Shown: piece by piece, positions 19,705 through 29,679 of the stretch
How positions within the stretch are numbered: the first letter of the stretch is position 1
Layout: each line of letters opens with the position of its first letter
Source of the DNA: Rhodothermales bacterium
GTDB lineage: Bacteria > Bacteroidota > Rhodothermia > Rhodothermales > VXPQ01
NCBI GenBank assembly: GCA_965116435.1
Contig: OZ220686.1
Span: 2,036,054 to 2,100,053, forward strand
Length of the DNA stretch: 64,000 nucleotides
Direction: 5' to 3'
Position numbers and translations under genes: made by a program
The notes under the pieces: model-generated
Database searches by the model: none
Seen by the model: only the letters and a program-made list of their open reading frames with translations
What the model was told of the DNA's origin: nothing

Positions 19705-20928
19705 CTACTCCATCCCCTCCCCCTCGCTCTCCCGCATTTCTTCCACCTCGACGGTCACGCTCCATTCGGGATGCGTAGCGGGCGCGGTTACCGCGTTGAG
19801 TACCTCGAAAACCAGTTGGTGCCGGAACCCCCGCTCACCCGTTTTTACCTCCACCCAGGTCACGGCGTGCGGATCGAGGACGAGCAGGTCCGTCGCATCG
19901 GCAAAGGTGTATTCCGAACGGTTGCGCAGCATAAACGGCGCATCGGACACGTTCTCGATGGCCACATGGAGCACTGAATTGTCCCTGCCGTACTCGGCGG
20001 CATGGATCGAAAGCGATGCGTCGATGAGCGGCAGTACATGCTCCGGCCTGCCGACCAGAATGTCCTTGTACCACGCCACGGTGCGCCGCATCCGGAGCGC
20101 TTCGGCGATGGCCTCGACAGAACGTTCCGTCGCAAAAACCAGCGTGGACGACCGATGACCGCCGCCAGGCACGTCGAATGTCCAGTCTATCAGCCCGTGA
20201 ATGTCCGACGTGCCGAGAATGGTCAGGTTATGGTCCAGGGCGATCTGGAGCGACTCCTCCGAATACCATTGCTCGTTGACCACTTCAATGCCGTGCAACA
20301 GCCCCTCGTCGATATACTGGCGATGCAGGTCGGTAAGTTCGGCGATCGCGTCCGGTTTTTGGGCCGGGTAACTTGGATGATTCCAGAATACGAACGCCCC
20401 CTGCCGTTCGGCTTCCCGAAGCGCATCGCCGGGGTCCTCCGTCAGCACGGGGTTCACATCCTCCAGAAAGATGGCGTTCATATGGCCCGGCGGCATGGCC
20501 CGCGTAATCTCTGCGCCCCGCAACACGAGGAGCGGCTTGTCCTCCTCGCCCGCCTCTTCTTCCTCCATCTGTTCGCCGTCCGCGTTTTCCTGTGCATTCT
20601 CCACCATTCTTTCGACCACCCGCTCCGCCAGGTCGTAGCTCCGGTTGCGGTCCGGGTGGGGAATGTCTGCGCTATGCGGCTGGTATTCAAGATGATCCGT
20701 AATCGCCAGGCAATCCAGTCCGTCGCGCAGCGCTTCTTCCACCCGGATGTTGGGCCAGACGCTCCCGTCCGAAAACACCGTGTGCGTGTGAAAATCGCAA
20801 ACCAACGTATGGTATCCCGGCACATCCGGAAACTCGATGAGGCGGTGCGCGGCGGCGTCCTCCGCATGCTGCGCCGCCGCAGCCGGAACGATCAGGAAAA
20901 ACAGGAACAGACAGAAAAAGCGTCGCAT
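19705..20928 (-). CDS. PHP-domain phosphoesterase, secreted
   Basis: Signal peptide MRRFFCLF, DFHTHTVFSDG, AITDH, FWNHP, GTSDIHG. Confidence 0.88.
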   Translation of the reverse strand: MRRFFCLFLFFLIVPAAAAQHAEDAAAHRLIEFPDVPGYHTLVCDFHTHTVFSDGSVWPNIRVEEALRDGLDCLAITDHLEYQPHSADIPHPDRNRSYDLAERVVERMVENAQENADGEQMEEEEAGEEDKPLLVLRGAEITRAMPPGHMNAIFLEDVNPVLTEDPGDALREAERQGAFVFWNHPSYPAQKPDAIAELTDLHRQYIDEGLLHGIEVVNEQWYSEESLQIALDHNLTILGTSDIHGLIDWTFDVPGGGHRSSTLVFATERSVEAIAEALRMRRTVAWYKDILVGRPEHVLPLIDASLSIHAAEYGRDNSVLHVAIENVSDAPFMLRNRSEYTFADATDLLVLDPHAVTWVEVKTGERGFRHQLVFEVLNAVTAPATHPEWSVTVEVEEMRESEGEGME

Positions 20929-21038
20929 GGGAATAGGGTGCAGGGTTAGGAGATTATGTAATGATGGCGGGTCCTTGCGGGTTTCGGAATGCAACGAAGC
21001 GCTGCCCGCCGGGTCGGCCCCGTTTTGTTGAAATGTAT

Positions 21039-21090
21039 GGATGTTCTGATTAAGGATACTCTGATTAACTTCGCAAAGATCAGAGTATCT
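21039..21090. repeat. 37-bp palindromic unit (21054-21090) preceded by a 15-bp partial copy
   Basis: GGATGTTCTGATTAA followed by GGATACTCTGAT-TAACTTCGCAAAG-ATCAGAGTATCT. Abuts the DUF3224 stop codon. Confidence 0.8.
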
Positions 21091-21504
21091 TTATTCTGCG
21101 TCTTCCGCGAATGTATAACGCAGGGTGAGCATATGTACGCCGTTCGCCGTACGGCTTATTTCCATTTCGCCCCGAAGCCCGGCCAATTCGCCCGTACCCG
21201 ATCCGGGCACCACATTCCCGAACGAATGCGGCGGCATGTCCGGTCCCATAATGCCTCCGTGCTGCAATACGAACGTGCCGGATCGTCCCGCAAGCACGCC
21301 CGTCACCCGCTCCGAAACGACATAGCCCGCGCCGGCTTTCGGATCGCTCAGCCCGCAAAAAAGTCCTTCGCCTGCGCTTTCCCCGGCGAGCTCTCCCTGA
21401 AATTTCTTCTGGATGGCGACGCGAACGAGCGCGGGACCTTCCGCCGGCTCGTCGCCGGGCGAGGGTTCCCATTTCGTGACGTCAAATGTACATGTGGCTT
21501 CCAT
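21091..21504 (-). CDS. DUF3224 family protein
   Basis: FDVTKWE, KKFQGELAGES, GRSGTFVLQH, VVPGSGTGELAGLRG. Confidence 0.88.
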   Translation of the reverse strand: MEATCTFDVTKWEPSPGDEPAEGPALVRVAIQKKFQGELAGESAGEGLFCGLSDPKAGAGYVVSERVTGVLAGRSGTFVLQHGGIMGPDMPPHSFGNVVPGSGTGELAGLRGEMEISRTANGVHMLTLRYTFAEDAE

Positions 21505-21523
21505 GGCGTGCGTTGGCCAACTA

Positions 21524-21671
21524 TGAGGGGTGGTTCGGGTTCGTCGGACCGCGTTTCCGGGGTTTGAGAGCGCCGGGCCAGCGATCTTGTCCCAATCTAA
21601 CCCATAAGGACATCCCGTGCCCAAACGCACCCGAAGCACCCATAGCCCCGCCTTCAAGGCGAGCGTAGCGC
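21524..21671 (+). mobile_element. IS3-family left-end remnant with truncated orfA
   Basis: AAGGA RBS, then GTG at 21617 giving MPKRTRSTHSPAFKASVA, which resembles IS3 OrfA N-termini (xxRxRRxHSPAFKAKVAL). Possible TG-starting left end at 21524. Confidence 0.65.
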
Positions 21672-21683
21672 CAAGAGTGCCAG

Positions 21684-21815
21684 GAGTGCCGGAGGGCGGC
21701 AAGAGCGCCGGAGGGCGGCAAGAGCGCCGGAGGGCGGCAAGAGCGCCGGAGGGCGGCAGGAGCGCCAAGGGCGGCAAGAGCGCCAGAGAGCGGCAAGAGC
21801 GCCAGAGAGCGGCAA
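21684..21815 (+). repeat. 19-bp minisatellite, 7 copies (GAGCGCCGGAGGGCGGCAA)
   Basis: Seven adjacent units, one 18 bp long, with graded divergence and no spacers. Confidence 0.92.
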
Positions 21816-21866
21816 GATACAACGCCGGAACGATTCCCGTCCCGGCGTCGCCGCATTCCCGGAAAG

Positions 21867-21939
21867 TGGGCCCGGTAGGGTTCGAACCTACGACCAATGG
21901 ATTATGAGTCCACTGCTCTAACCACTGAGCTACGGGCCC
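21867..21939 (-). tRNA. tRNA with CAT anticodon, probably tRNA-Ile2 (lysidine)
   Basis: GGGCCCGTAGCTCAGTGGTTAGAGCAGTGGA-CT-CAT-AA-TCCATTGGTCGTAGGTTCGAACCCTACCGGGCCCA. Resembles Ile2 rather than initiator Met. Confidence 0.9.
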
Positions 21940-22068
21940 GGATTTGTACGGCATACGTTATGGTGCGATACGTATCGTACGTATGGACGTAATCAGCCTG
22001 TCCTGCAGTAGAGACAAGCAGGAAACGGGATCATACCACGATCCGGCCTCTTGTGATCCAGCGCCGCC

Positions 22069-22180
22069 GTACGATCCTGCTATGCGCCAAATGCATTGCG
22101 CAATCAAGGGTATGCTTCAGGCGGTTGGCTACGTCATCTATCTGGTACGATCCCGCTACGCGCCAAATGCATTGCGCAAT
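22069..22180. repeat. 36-bp direct repeat, 2 copies (22069-22104 and 22145-22180)
   Basis: GTACGATCCYGCTAYGCGCCAAATGCATTGCGCAAT, 34/36 identical, 40-bp gap. Copy 2 contains the 3' end of the isomerase gene. Confidence 0.85.
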
Positions 22181-23103
22181 AGCGCCAGACTTGTAGGAAT
22201 CGCCGAGGCGGGGTCTTCGGTCCCCTCGAATTCCAGCGAAACATACCCCCGAAATCCCGCATCGCGCATGATGTTCGCAATGCGGTCGTAATCCAGGTCG
22301 AGCGTATACCATGTGCCGCCGCCGTAATAGGTCTTGGCCTGCACAAGCACTGCGTACGGCGCCAGCATGGCCAGTTTGTCGTACGGGTCCTCCAGAAAAT
22401 TGCCCGTATCGAGGGTTACCTGAAGCCAGGGCGAATCAATGGCGCGCACGATGCGGAGGACTCCTTCGGGCGTCCGTCCGAGTCCCCAGTGATTCTCCAG
22501 CCCCAGCACAACGCCCCGCTCCGCAGCATGCTCGACGCAGGAGCCGATGGCGTCGATGACCCATCCGAACGCCTCCTCGTCCGTATGTCCTTCCAGCGGC
22601 GGTTCGATGCCCCTGTTGGCCATCAAGGCGTCGAACGATTCGCTCGTACCCCAGCGTCCCGTATTGATGCGCATGGTGGGAATCCCCAGCGCGGCGGCGA
22701 TATCAATCTGGTGCTTGGTCCTGTCCACATTCTCCTGGCGCTTCGCCGCATCCGGCGACACGAAGCCCTGATGGGTGGAAAATCCCATCAGGTCCAGGCC
22801 GGATTCAATGGCCTTGCGCTTGAGCATCTGCAGGTGGGCGTTCTCCTCGGACCCCATCTGAATATGGAGAATCTCCACGCCGTCGAAGCCCATGTCCGCG
22901 GCCTGTTCGATGCAGGAAGCGATCGGATAATCCTCCCGGTCTCCGGCGAAACGCCAGAATGAATACGTGGATACGCCGATCCGGTTACCCGGTTTGCGGC
23001 CCAGTTCCGCCATCGGGGCAAGGGCTTGGGCGGGCGCGGCGGCGCCCAGGCCGAGCAGTCCGCTCGCCGCAACGGCGCGACGGACAAAATTTCTACGGTG
23101 CAT
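22156..23103 (-). CDS. Tat-exported sugar phosphate isomerase/epimerase (xylose-isomerase-like TIM barrel)
   Basis: MHRRNFV Tat motif, GFDGVEI, LGLENH, LDTGNF, YVSLEFEG. Confidence 0.88.
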   Translation of the reverse strand: MHRRNFVRRAVAASGLLGLGAAAPAQALAPMAELGRKPGNRIGVSTYSFWRFAGDREDYPIASCIEQAADMGFDGVEILHIQMGSEENAHLQMLKRKAIESGLDLMGFSTHQGFVSPDAAKRQENVDRTKHQIDIAAALGIPTMRINTGRWGTSESFDALMANRGIEPPLEGHTDEEAFGWVIDAIGSCVEHAAERGVVLGLENHWGLGRTPEGVLRIVRAIDSPWLQVTLDTGNFLEDPYDKLAMLAPYAVLVQAKTYYGGGTWYTLDLDYDRIANIMRDAGFRGYVSLEFEGTEDPASAIPTSLALLRNAFGA

Positions 23104-23477
23104 AACGTGTGCTTGTCGTATGGTTCGTGGAATCGGCAACGCCATCGCTACATAGCGTTCACGGATACGTCTTGGATGCGCTCCATGTTCGCATGCCTTG
23201 CGAACACGCCCGCTTTCGGGCCGTTCTGCGTCGCAAGCAACCTCGGCCCTGTCTGCAAAAAATGGGTTAAAAATCTAAATTTCTGGGCATTTGGACGCAT
23301 ATTTCCCTAAATTAGTTAAGAGATTTGTGCTATACAGGCCAAATTATTTGCCCATTGCAAGAATGCGCGGATGACAGTGGACTTGATCCGCGCAGCCTTT
23401 AAGGCATCATGACCGACCGCCGGGCAGATCATTGCGTATCCCGACTCCTCCGCCTCCACAAAACGCCATGAATCGCC

Positions 23478-23954
23478 ATGTATCGAATCGACGACATCGA
23501 TGTCACCATCCTTAATTTGCTGCAGGACAGCGGAAGGATGAAGCGCAACGCCATTGCGGAAATCGTAGGCTTGTCCGTCCCCTCGATCAGCGAGCGTATG
23601 CGCAAACTGGAAGAACGCGGGGTCATCACAGGGTATCACGCCGTGCTTGCGCCCAAGCGATTCCACATTGACATTACCGCGTTTATCCGCATAACCGTGG
23701 ACGGATCCTCAAACTACGACAATTTTGTAAATGAGGCGCTCGTGTACCCGGAAGTCCAGGAGGTGCACTCCATTACCGGGGAAGGAAGCCACCTGCTAAA
23801 GGTGCGCGTGCCGAACACCACAAAACTCGAACAACTCCTCGGGAAGCTTCAGTCGCTGCCCGGGGTGTATAATACCTCAACCAACATTGTGCTGAGCACC
23901 TTCAAGGAATCGAGGCACATCAAGCCGTATACGACCGACATTGCGGAAAATTAA
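23478..23954 (+). CDS. Lrp/AsnC family transcriptional regulator
   Basis: [17 protein letters not shown]...IAEIVGLS...[21 protein letters not shown]. Confidence 0.93.
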   Translation: MYRIDDIDVTILNLLQDSGRMKRNAIAEIVGLSVPSISERMRKLEERGVITGYHAVLAPKRFHIDITAFIRITVDGSSNYDNFVNEALVYPEVQEVHSITGEGSHLLKVRVPNTTKLEQLLGKLQSLPGVYNTSTNIVLSTFKESRHIKPYTTDIAEN

Positions 23955-24024
23955 CCGCCATTTCTTTCGTACTGCGCAAGGCCTGCCACATACCCTACCC
24001 TGCTTCACCAAACAAAAGAACGTT

Positions 24025-26202
24025 ATGTCCAGGCTAATGGATGATTACAACGTAAAAGCCGCGACCAAATTCGTGCCGGGCGCCAAAGCGCCGGTTCTCC
24101 CCATAGACATTGAGGAAATCTTCGGGGAGAATGTTTTCGGCCTGGAGGCCATGAAAAGCCGGCTTCCGAAGTCGGTCTACAAACGGCTTCTGGCCACCAT
24201 CGAAAACAACGAGCCCGTCGATCCGACCGTGGCGGACACCGTGGCGACCGCCATGAAAGAATGGGCCAGAGAACGCGGCGGAACGCACTTTACGCACTGG
24301 TTCCAGCCCCTGACCGGCTCCACCGCCGAAAAGCACGACAGCTTCATTACCCCGAACAAAGGCGGCGGCGCCATTGCGGAATTTTCGGGGAGTAACCTGA
24401 TACAGGGCGAACCGGACGCCTCGAGTTTCCCCAGCGGGGGCTTGCGCGCTACCTTCGAAGCGCGCGGCTATACGGCATGGGATCCCACCTCGCCCGCGTT
24501 CCTCATCGAGAACAAGAACGGCGCCTATATGTCGATTCCCACGGCGTTTACGTCCTGGACCGGCGAGGCGCTGGACTACAAGATTCCGCTGCTGCGCTCT
24601 ATTGCCGCGCTGGATGCGTCCGCCCGGCGCGCCCTGAAATTGTTCGGCGTAAACGACGTGCGGAACGTGTATTCCACGGTCGGCGCCGAGCAGGAATATT
24701 TCCTGATCGACGAGGAATATTATTACCGTCGCCCGGACCTCGTAACGACGGGCCGCACCCTCATCGGCGCCAAGCCGCCCAAGGGACACGAACTGGACGA
24801 TCATTATTTCGGGACCATCGAAGACCGGGTCCTGTCGTGCATGCTCGAAACGGAACGGGAGCTGTACCGCCTCGGGGTGCCCGTCAAAACGCGCCACAAC
24901 GAAGTCGCGCCGAGCCAGTACGAAATCGCGCCGATCTTCGAAAATTCGAACCTGGGCGCCGATCACCAGCACCTGCTCATGCTCATGCTGCAGAAGACGG
25001 CTCGCAAGTACGGCCTCGTCTGCCTGATGCACGAGAAACCGTTCGACGGACTGAACGGATCGGGCAAGCACAACAACTGGTCCATGTCCACGAATACGGG
25101 CTTGAACCTGCTTGATCCGGGGGACGATCCTTCCCATAATTTGCGGTTCCTGTTCTTCTGCGCTGCCGTAATCCGGGCGGTATTCAAGCATCAGGACCTG
25201 CTGCGCATCGCGGTGGCGACCGCCGGCAACGATCATCGGCTGGGCGCCAACGAAGCGCCGCCGGCCATTTTGAGCGTGTTCCTCGGCGAAGCCCTGTACG
25301 ACATCTTCGACAGGATTGCGGAAGGCTCGGCCATGTCGAACAAGGAGGGTGGTTTTCTCGGACTCGGGAGCCCGGTCCTGCCGCACTTGCCGCGCCACTC
25401 GGGCGACCGCAACCGCACGTCTCCGTTCGCGTTCACGGGCAACAAGTTCGAATTCCGCGCCGTCGGGTCCAACCAGACGATCTCGCTTTCGAACACGGTG
25501 CTCAACGTAGCCATGGCGGATGCGCTGGACGACCTGTCCGCAAGCCTGCAAGCCAATCTGGACGGCGGCGCCGCGTTCGAGCAAGCCTTATTAGAGACGC
25601 TTCAGGCATCCACGCTGGAAACGAAAACCATCCTGTTCGAGGGGGACAACTACTCGGCGGAATGGCATGCCGAAGCCGAACGCCGCGGTCTGCTGAACTT
25701 GCCCACGACCGTCGACGCGCTCGAAAGAATGCTCGACGAGAAAAACATAGCGCTCTTCGAAAAGGCGAACGTGCTTTCGGAGAAGGAACTCCGCAGCCGG
25801 CATGAAATCTGGCTTGAGCAGTACGTCATTACGGTCAATATCGAGGCAGAGACCACGCAGGCCATGGCCGAAACGATGGTGCTCCCCGCCGCGGCGAAAT
25901 ATTTCGGGGGCCTGACGAAGAGCCTTACGCAAGCCGCGCAGGTTGGCGTTTCCTCCAGCGGCATGCAGGCGACGGCTTCCGCAACCGGCGCCCTCATCGA
26001 CGAGCTGCGCGAAGCCCTCGATCAGCTGAAGGCGGTGAACATGACGCATATCGAGGACGGACACGCCCACGCCGTGCACATGCGCGACAAGGTCATTCCG
26101 GCGATGGACGCCGTGCGGCTCGCATGCGACAAGCTCGAACGCGTGGTGCCGAACGAATTGTGGCCGGTGCCGACCTACCGGGAAATGCTGTTCATCCGAT
26201 AA
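24025..26202 (+). CDS. Glutamine synthetase type III
   Basis: [66 protein letters not shown]. Confidence 0.96.
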   Translation: MSRLMDDYNVKAATKFVPGAKAPVLPIDIEEIFGENVFGLEAMKSRLPKSVYKRLLATIENNEPVDPTVADTVATAMKEWARERGGTHFTHWFQPLTGSTAEKHDSFITPNKGGGAIAEFSGSNLIQGEPDASSFPSGGLRATFEARGYTAWDPTSPAFLIENKNGAYMSIPTAFTSWTGEALDYKIPLLRSIAALDASARRALKLFGVNDVRNVYSTVGAEQEYFLIDEEYYYRRPDLVTTGRTLIGAKPPKGHELDDHYFGTIEDRVLSCMLETERELYRLGVPVKTRHNEVAPSQYEIAPIFENSNLGADHQHLLMLMLQKTARKYGLVCLMHEKPFDGLNGSGKHNNWSMSTNTGLNLLDPGDDPSHNLRFLFFCAAVIRAVFKHQDLLRIAVATAGNDHRLGANEAPPAILSVFLGEALYDIFDRIAEGSAMSNKEGGFLGLGSPVLPHLPRHSGDRNRTSPFAFTGNKFEFRAVGSNQTISLSNTVLNVAMADALDDLSASLQANLDGGAAFEQALLETLQASTLETKTILFEGDNYSAEWHAEAERRGLLNLPTTVDALERMLDEKNIALFEKANVLSEKELRSRHEIWLEQYVITVNIEAETTQAMAETMVLPAAAKYFGGLTKSLTQAAQVGVSSSGMQATASATGALIDELREALDQLKAVNMTHIEDGHAHAVHMRDKVIPAMDAVRLACDKLERVVPNELWPVPTYREMLFIR

Positions 26203-26296
26203 GATCGGACAAGGCGTCGGGCCGGATTGCTTGCGTCGCGCGGCGATCCGGCCCGAACGCTTCCGGGCCGTTCCAAACGCCCGAAAACGCCCGAAA

Positions 26297-27457
26297 CTAC
26301 CTGGCGCGGGCGTCTATAGGCACGGCGTCCAGCACGTCGTCGCCATTGACGAGCCATGCGGTTTCGTGCAGGTGCATGCATACGCAGGCATGATTCGGCA
26401 CGAACCGGATGCGGTCTCCCACTTCGAGGGTCGATCCGCCGGGCACGTCGATCCAGGCATGTTCTTCGGAAAGCGCGGCGATGCGGGCATGCGGCAACGG
26501 CTCCATGCGGCGGGCGTCGTACAGCAACTGCCCATAGCCGTCCGTCAGGGCTCCCTGATCCGTTGCGACGGTTTTAGAACCGGCGTCGGCGAACAGCTGC
26601 TCCTTTCCCGAGGCCGTACGCCGTCGACTCACCACGGTGGTCAGCGCCGTAAGCGCACAGTCCTGTAAGGTCGCCGCGCCCAGCGCCGCCTGCATGGCGT
26701 CGTGAAAAATATAGTTGCCGGGGCGAATCTCGGTAATGCGGAATCCTCCGGCCTGCCTGTTTTCGAAGGCATGCATCGTGGGCGTCGAGCCGATGCTTAT
26801 TTCAAAGGAATCCGGGTCCGCAAGCCCTGCCTCCTGCAGGCGCCCGGCAAACCGGAGCATGGCGTCCCGTTCGTGTCGGGCCACACTTCGGAGCGCTTCT
26901 TCCTTGGAGACGCCTTCCGGCGGGCCCTTGTAGACCTGTCCGGCGTGCGTAAGAATTCCGGCGAGACGTATTCCGGGGGATTCGGCGATTGTGCGCGCAA
27001 GCGCCACCGCGCGCGCATCTTCCGGGTCTACGCCACAGCGATGCTGCCCCACATCCACTTCGATCAACACGTCGGCGGGAGCGCGGGCGGGCGCAAAGAA
27101 AGCGGAAGCGGCTTGTGCGCCGGCGACGGTGTCGATACAGAAAGAAACGTCGGCGTGGGTGCGCAAGCTGGCTATGCGCTCCAGTCTGCCCTGCCCGATC
27201 ACAGGATACGCAATGCGTATATCGTCAAAACCGGCGCGTACAAAGCATTCCGCTTCGCCTGTGGTCGCCACGGTAACGCCGCGTGCGCCGGCATCCCGTT
27301 GCATGCGGCCCAGCCGCGTGGACTTGTGCGTTTTGATGTGGGGACGCAAGCGAACTCCCTGCGCGTTGGCGCGGGCCTGCATCGCCGAAATATTCGCCGT
27401 CAGGCGAGACTGCTCGATCAGCAGGCAAGGCGTGGGGAGATCGTTCAGCGCGGTCAT
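26297..27457 (-). CDS. D-threonine aldolase/D-serine deaminase-like PLP enzyme (alanine racemase fold)
   Basis: LPTPCLLI, LRPHIKTHK, EIRPGNYIFHD, LSEEH, PNHAC. Confidence 0.88.
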   Translation of the reverse strand: MTALNDLPTPCLLIEQSRLTANISAMQARANAQGVRLRPHIKTHKSTRLGRMQRDAGARGVTVATTGEAECFVRAGFDDIRIAYPVIGQGRLERIASLRTHADVSFCIDTVAGAQAASAFFAPARAPADVLIEVDVGQHRCGVDPEDARAVALARTIAESPGIRLAGILTHAGQVYKGPPEGVSKEEALRSVARHERDAMLRFAGRLQEAGLADPDSFEISIGSTPTMHAFENRQAGGFRITEIRPGNYIFHDAMQAALGAATLQDCALTALTTVVSRRRTASGKEQLFADAGSKTVATDQGALTDGYGQLLYDARRMEPLPHARIAALSEEHAWIDVPGGSTLEVGDRIRFVPNHACVCMHLHETAWLVNGDDVLDAVPIDARAR

Positions 27458-27883
27458 TTATCCCGCCCCCGTTTTGCCGATGCGTCCCATCGCCACGCGC
27501 AACCGATTGCGGGCGCGCTCAAGCGCCCGGCTGGCGCGCGCCCGGTCGATATCTTCTCCAGTCGATTGCAACCGCTGCAAGGCCCGCTCTTCGGCGGCTT
27601 TCGCCCGCTGCGTATCTATTTCGGAAACCGGCTCGGCCGTGTCCGCAAGCACCGTAACCCGGTTGTCGATGACCTCCAGAAAGCCTCCGCTCGAAGCAAA
27701 AAACACCTGTTCTCCGTGGGCGGACGTAATGCGCACCGCGCCAATATCGAACGCGGCGATCATGGGCGCATGGTTCAAGAGCACCTCGAACGAACCAAAC
27801 CGTCCGGGCGCCTGAACGCCGCGCGCGTCTCCCTGAAAGACACGCCGGTCCGGAGCAACGATTTCAACCTGAAGATGGGCCAT
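27458..27883 (-). CDS. atpC: F1 ATP synthase epsilon subunit
   Basis: VEIVAPDR, LLNHAP, SGGFLEV, ALERARNRL. Confidence 0.95.
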   Translation of the reverse strand: MAHLQVEIVAPDRRVFQGDARGVQAPGRFGSFEVLLNHAPMIAAFDIGAVRITSAHGEQVFFASSGGFLEVIDNRVTVLADTAEPVSEIDTQRAKAAEERALQRLQSTGEDIDRARASRALERARNRLRVAMGRIGKTGAG

Positions 27884-27959
27884 AGGGCTGGGGCGTTATG
27901 CCATCGGGCCGGGCGCCGAATGCCGGAACGCCCGGTGGCGAGCGAACAGGAATCCCTGC

Positions 27960-29531
<1,572 letters not shown>

Positions 29532-29607
29532 TTATAGATCGCAAAGAATGTGCGAAACCGAACGGAAAACGCCCGCCGCTGACGCATAGGGCGACTTGGC
29601 CTGTGTG

Positions 29608-29646
29608 AAAAAAGGAGAGGGGCGGCGCGCCACCCCTCTCCTTTTT
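29608..29646 (-). terminator. Rho-independent (possibly bidirectional) terminator after the TonB-dependent receptor
   Basis: AAAAAGGAGAGGGG...CCCCTCTCCTTTTT stem with T tracts on both strands. Confidence 0.85.
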
Positions 29647-29679
29647 CGTCGTATGGATTCGCTACGTACTGTCCGCGGC

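Noticed and set aside
21684-21815. Possible CRISPR array
   Set aside because: Units are contiguous with no unique spacers, and there are no cas genes in the window.
21091-21954. 287-aa ORF running through tRNA-Ile2 and the minisatellite into DUF3224
   Set aside because: Chance open frame. Only the part from 21504 resembles a protein family.
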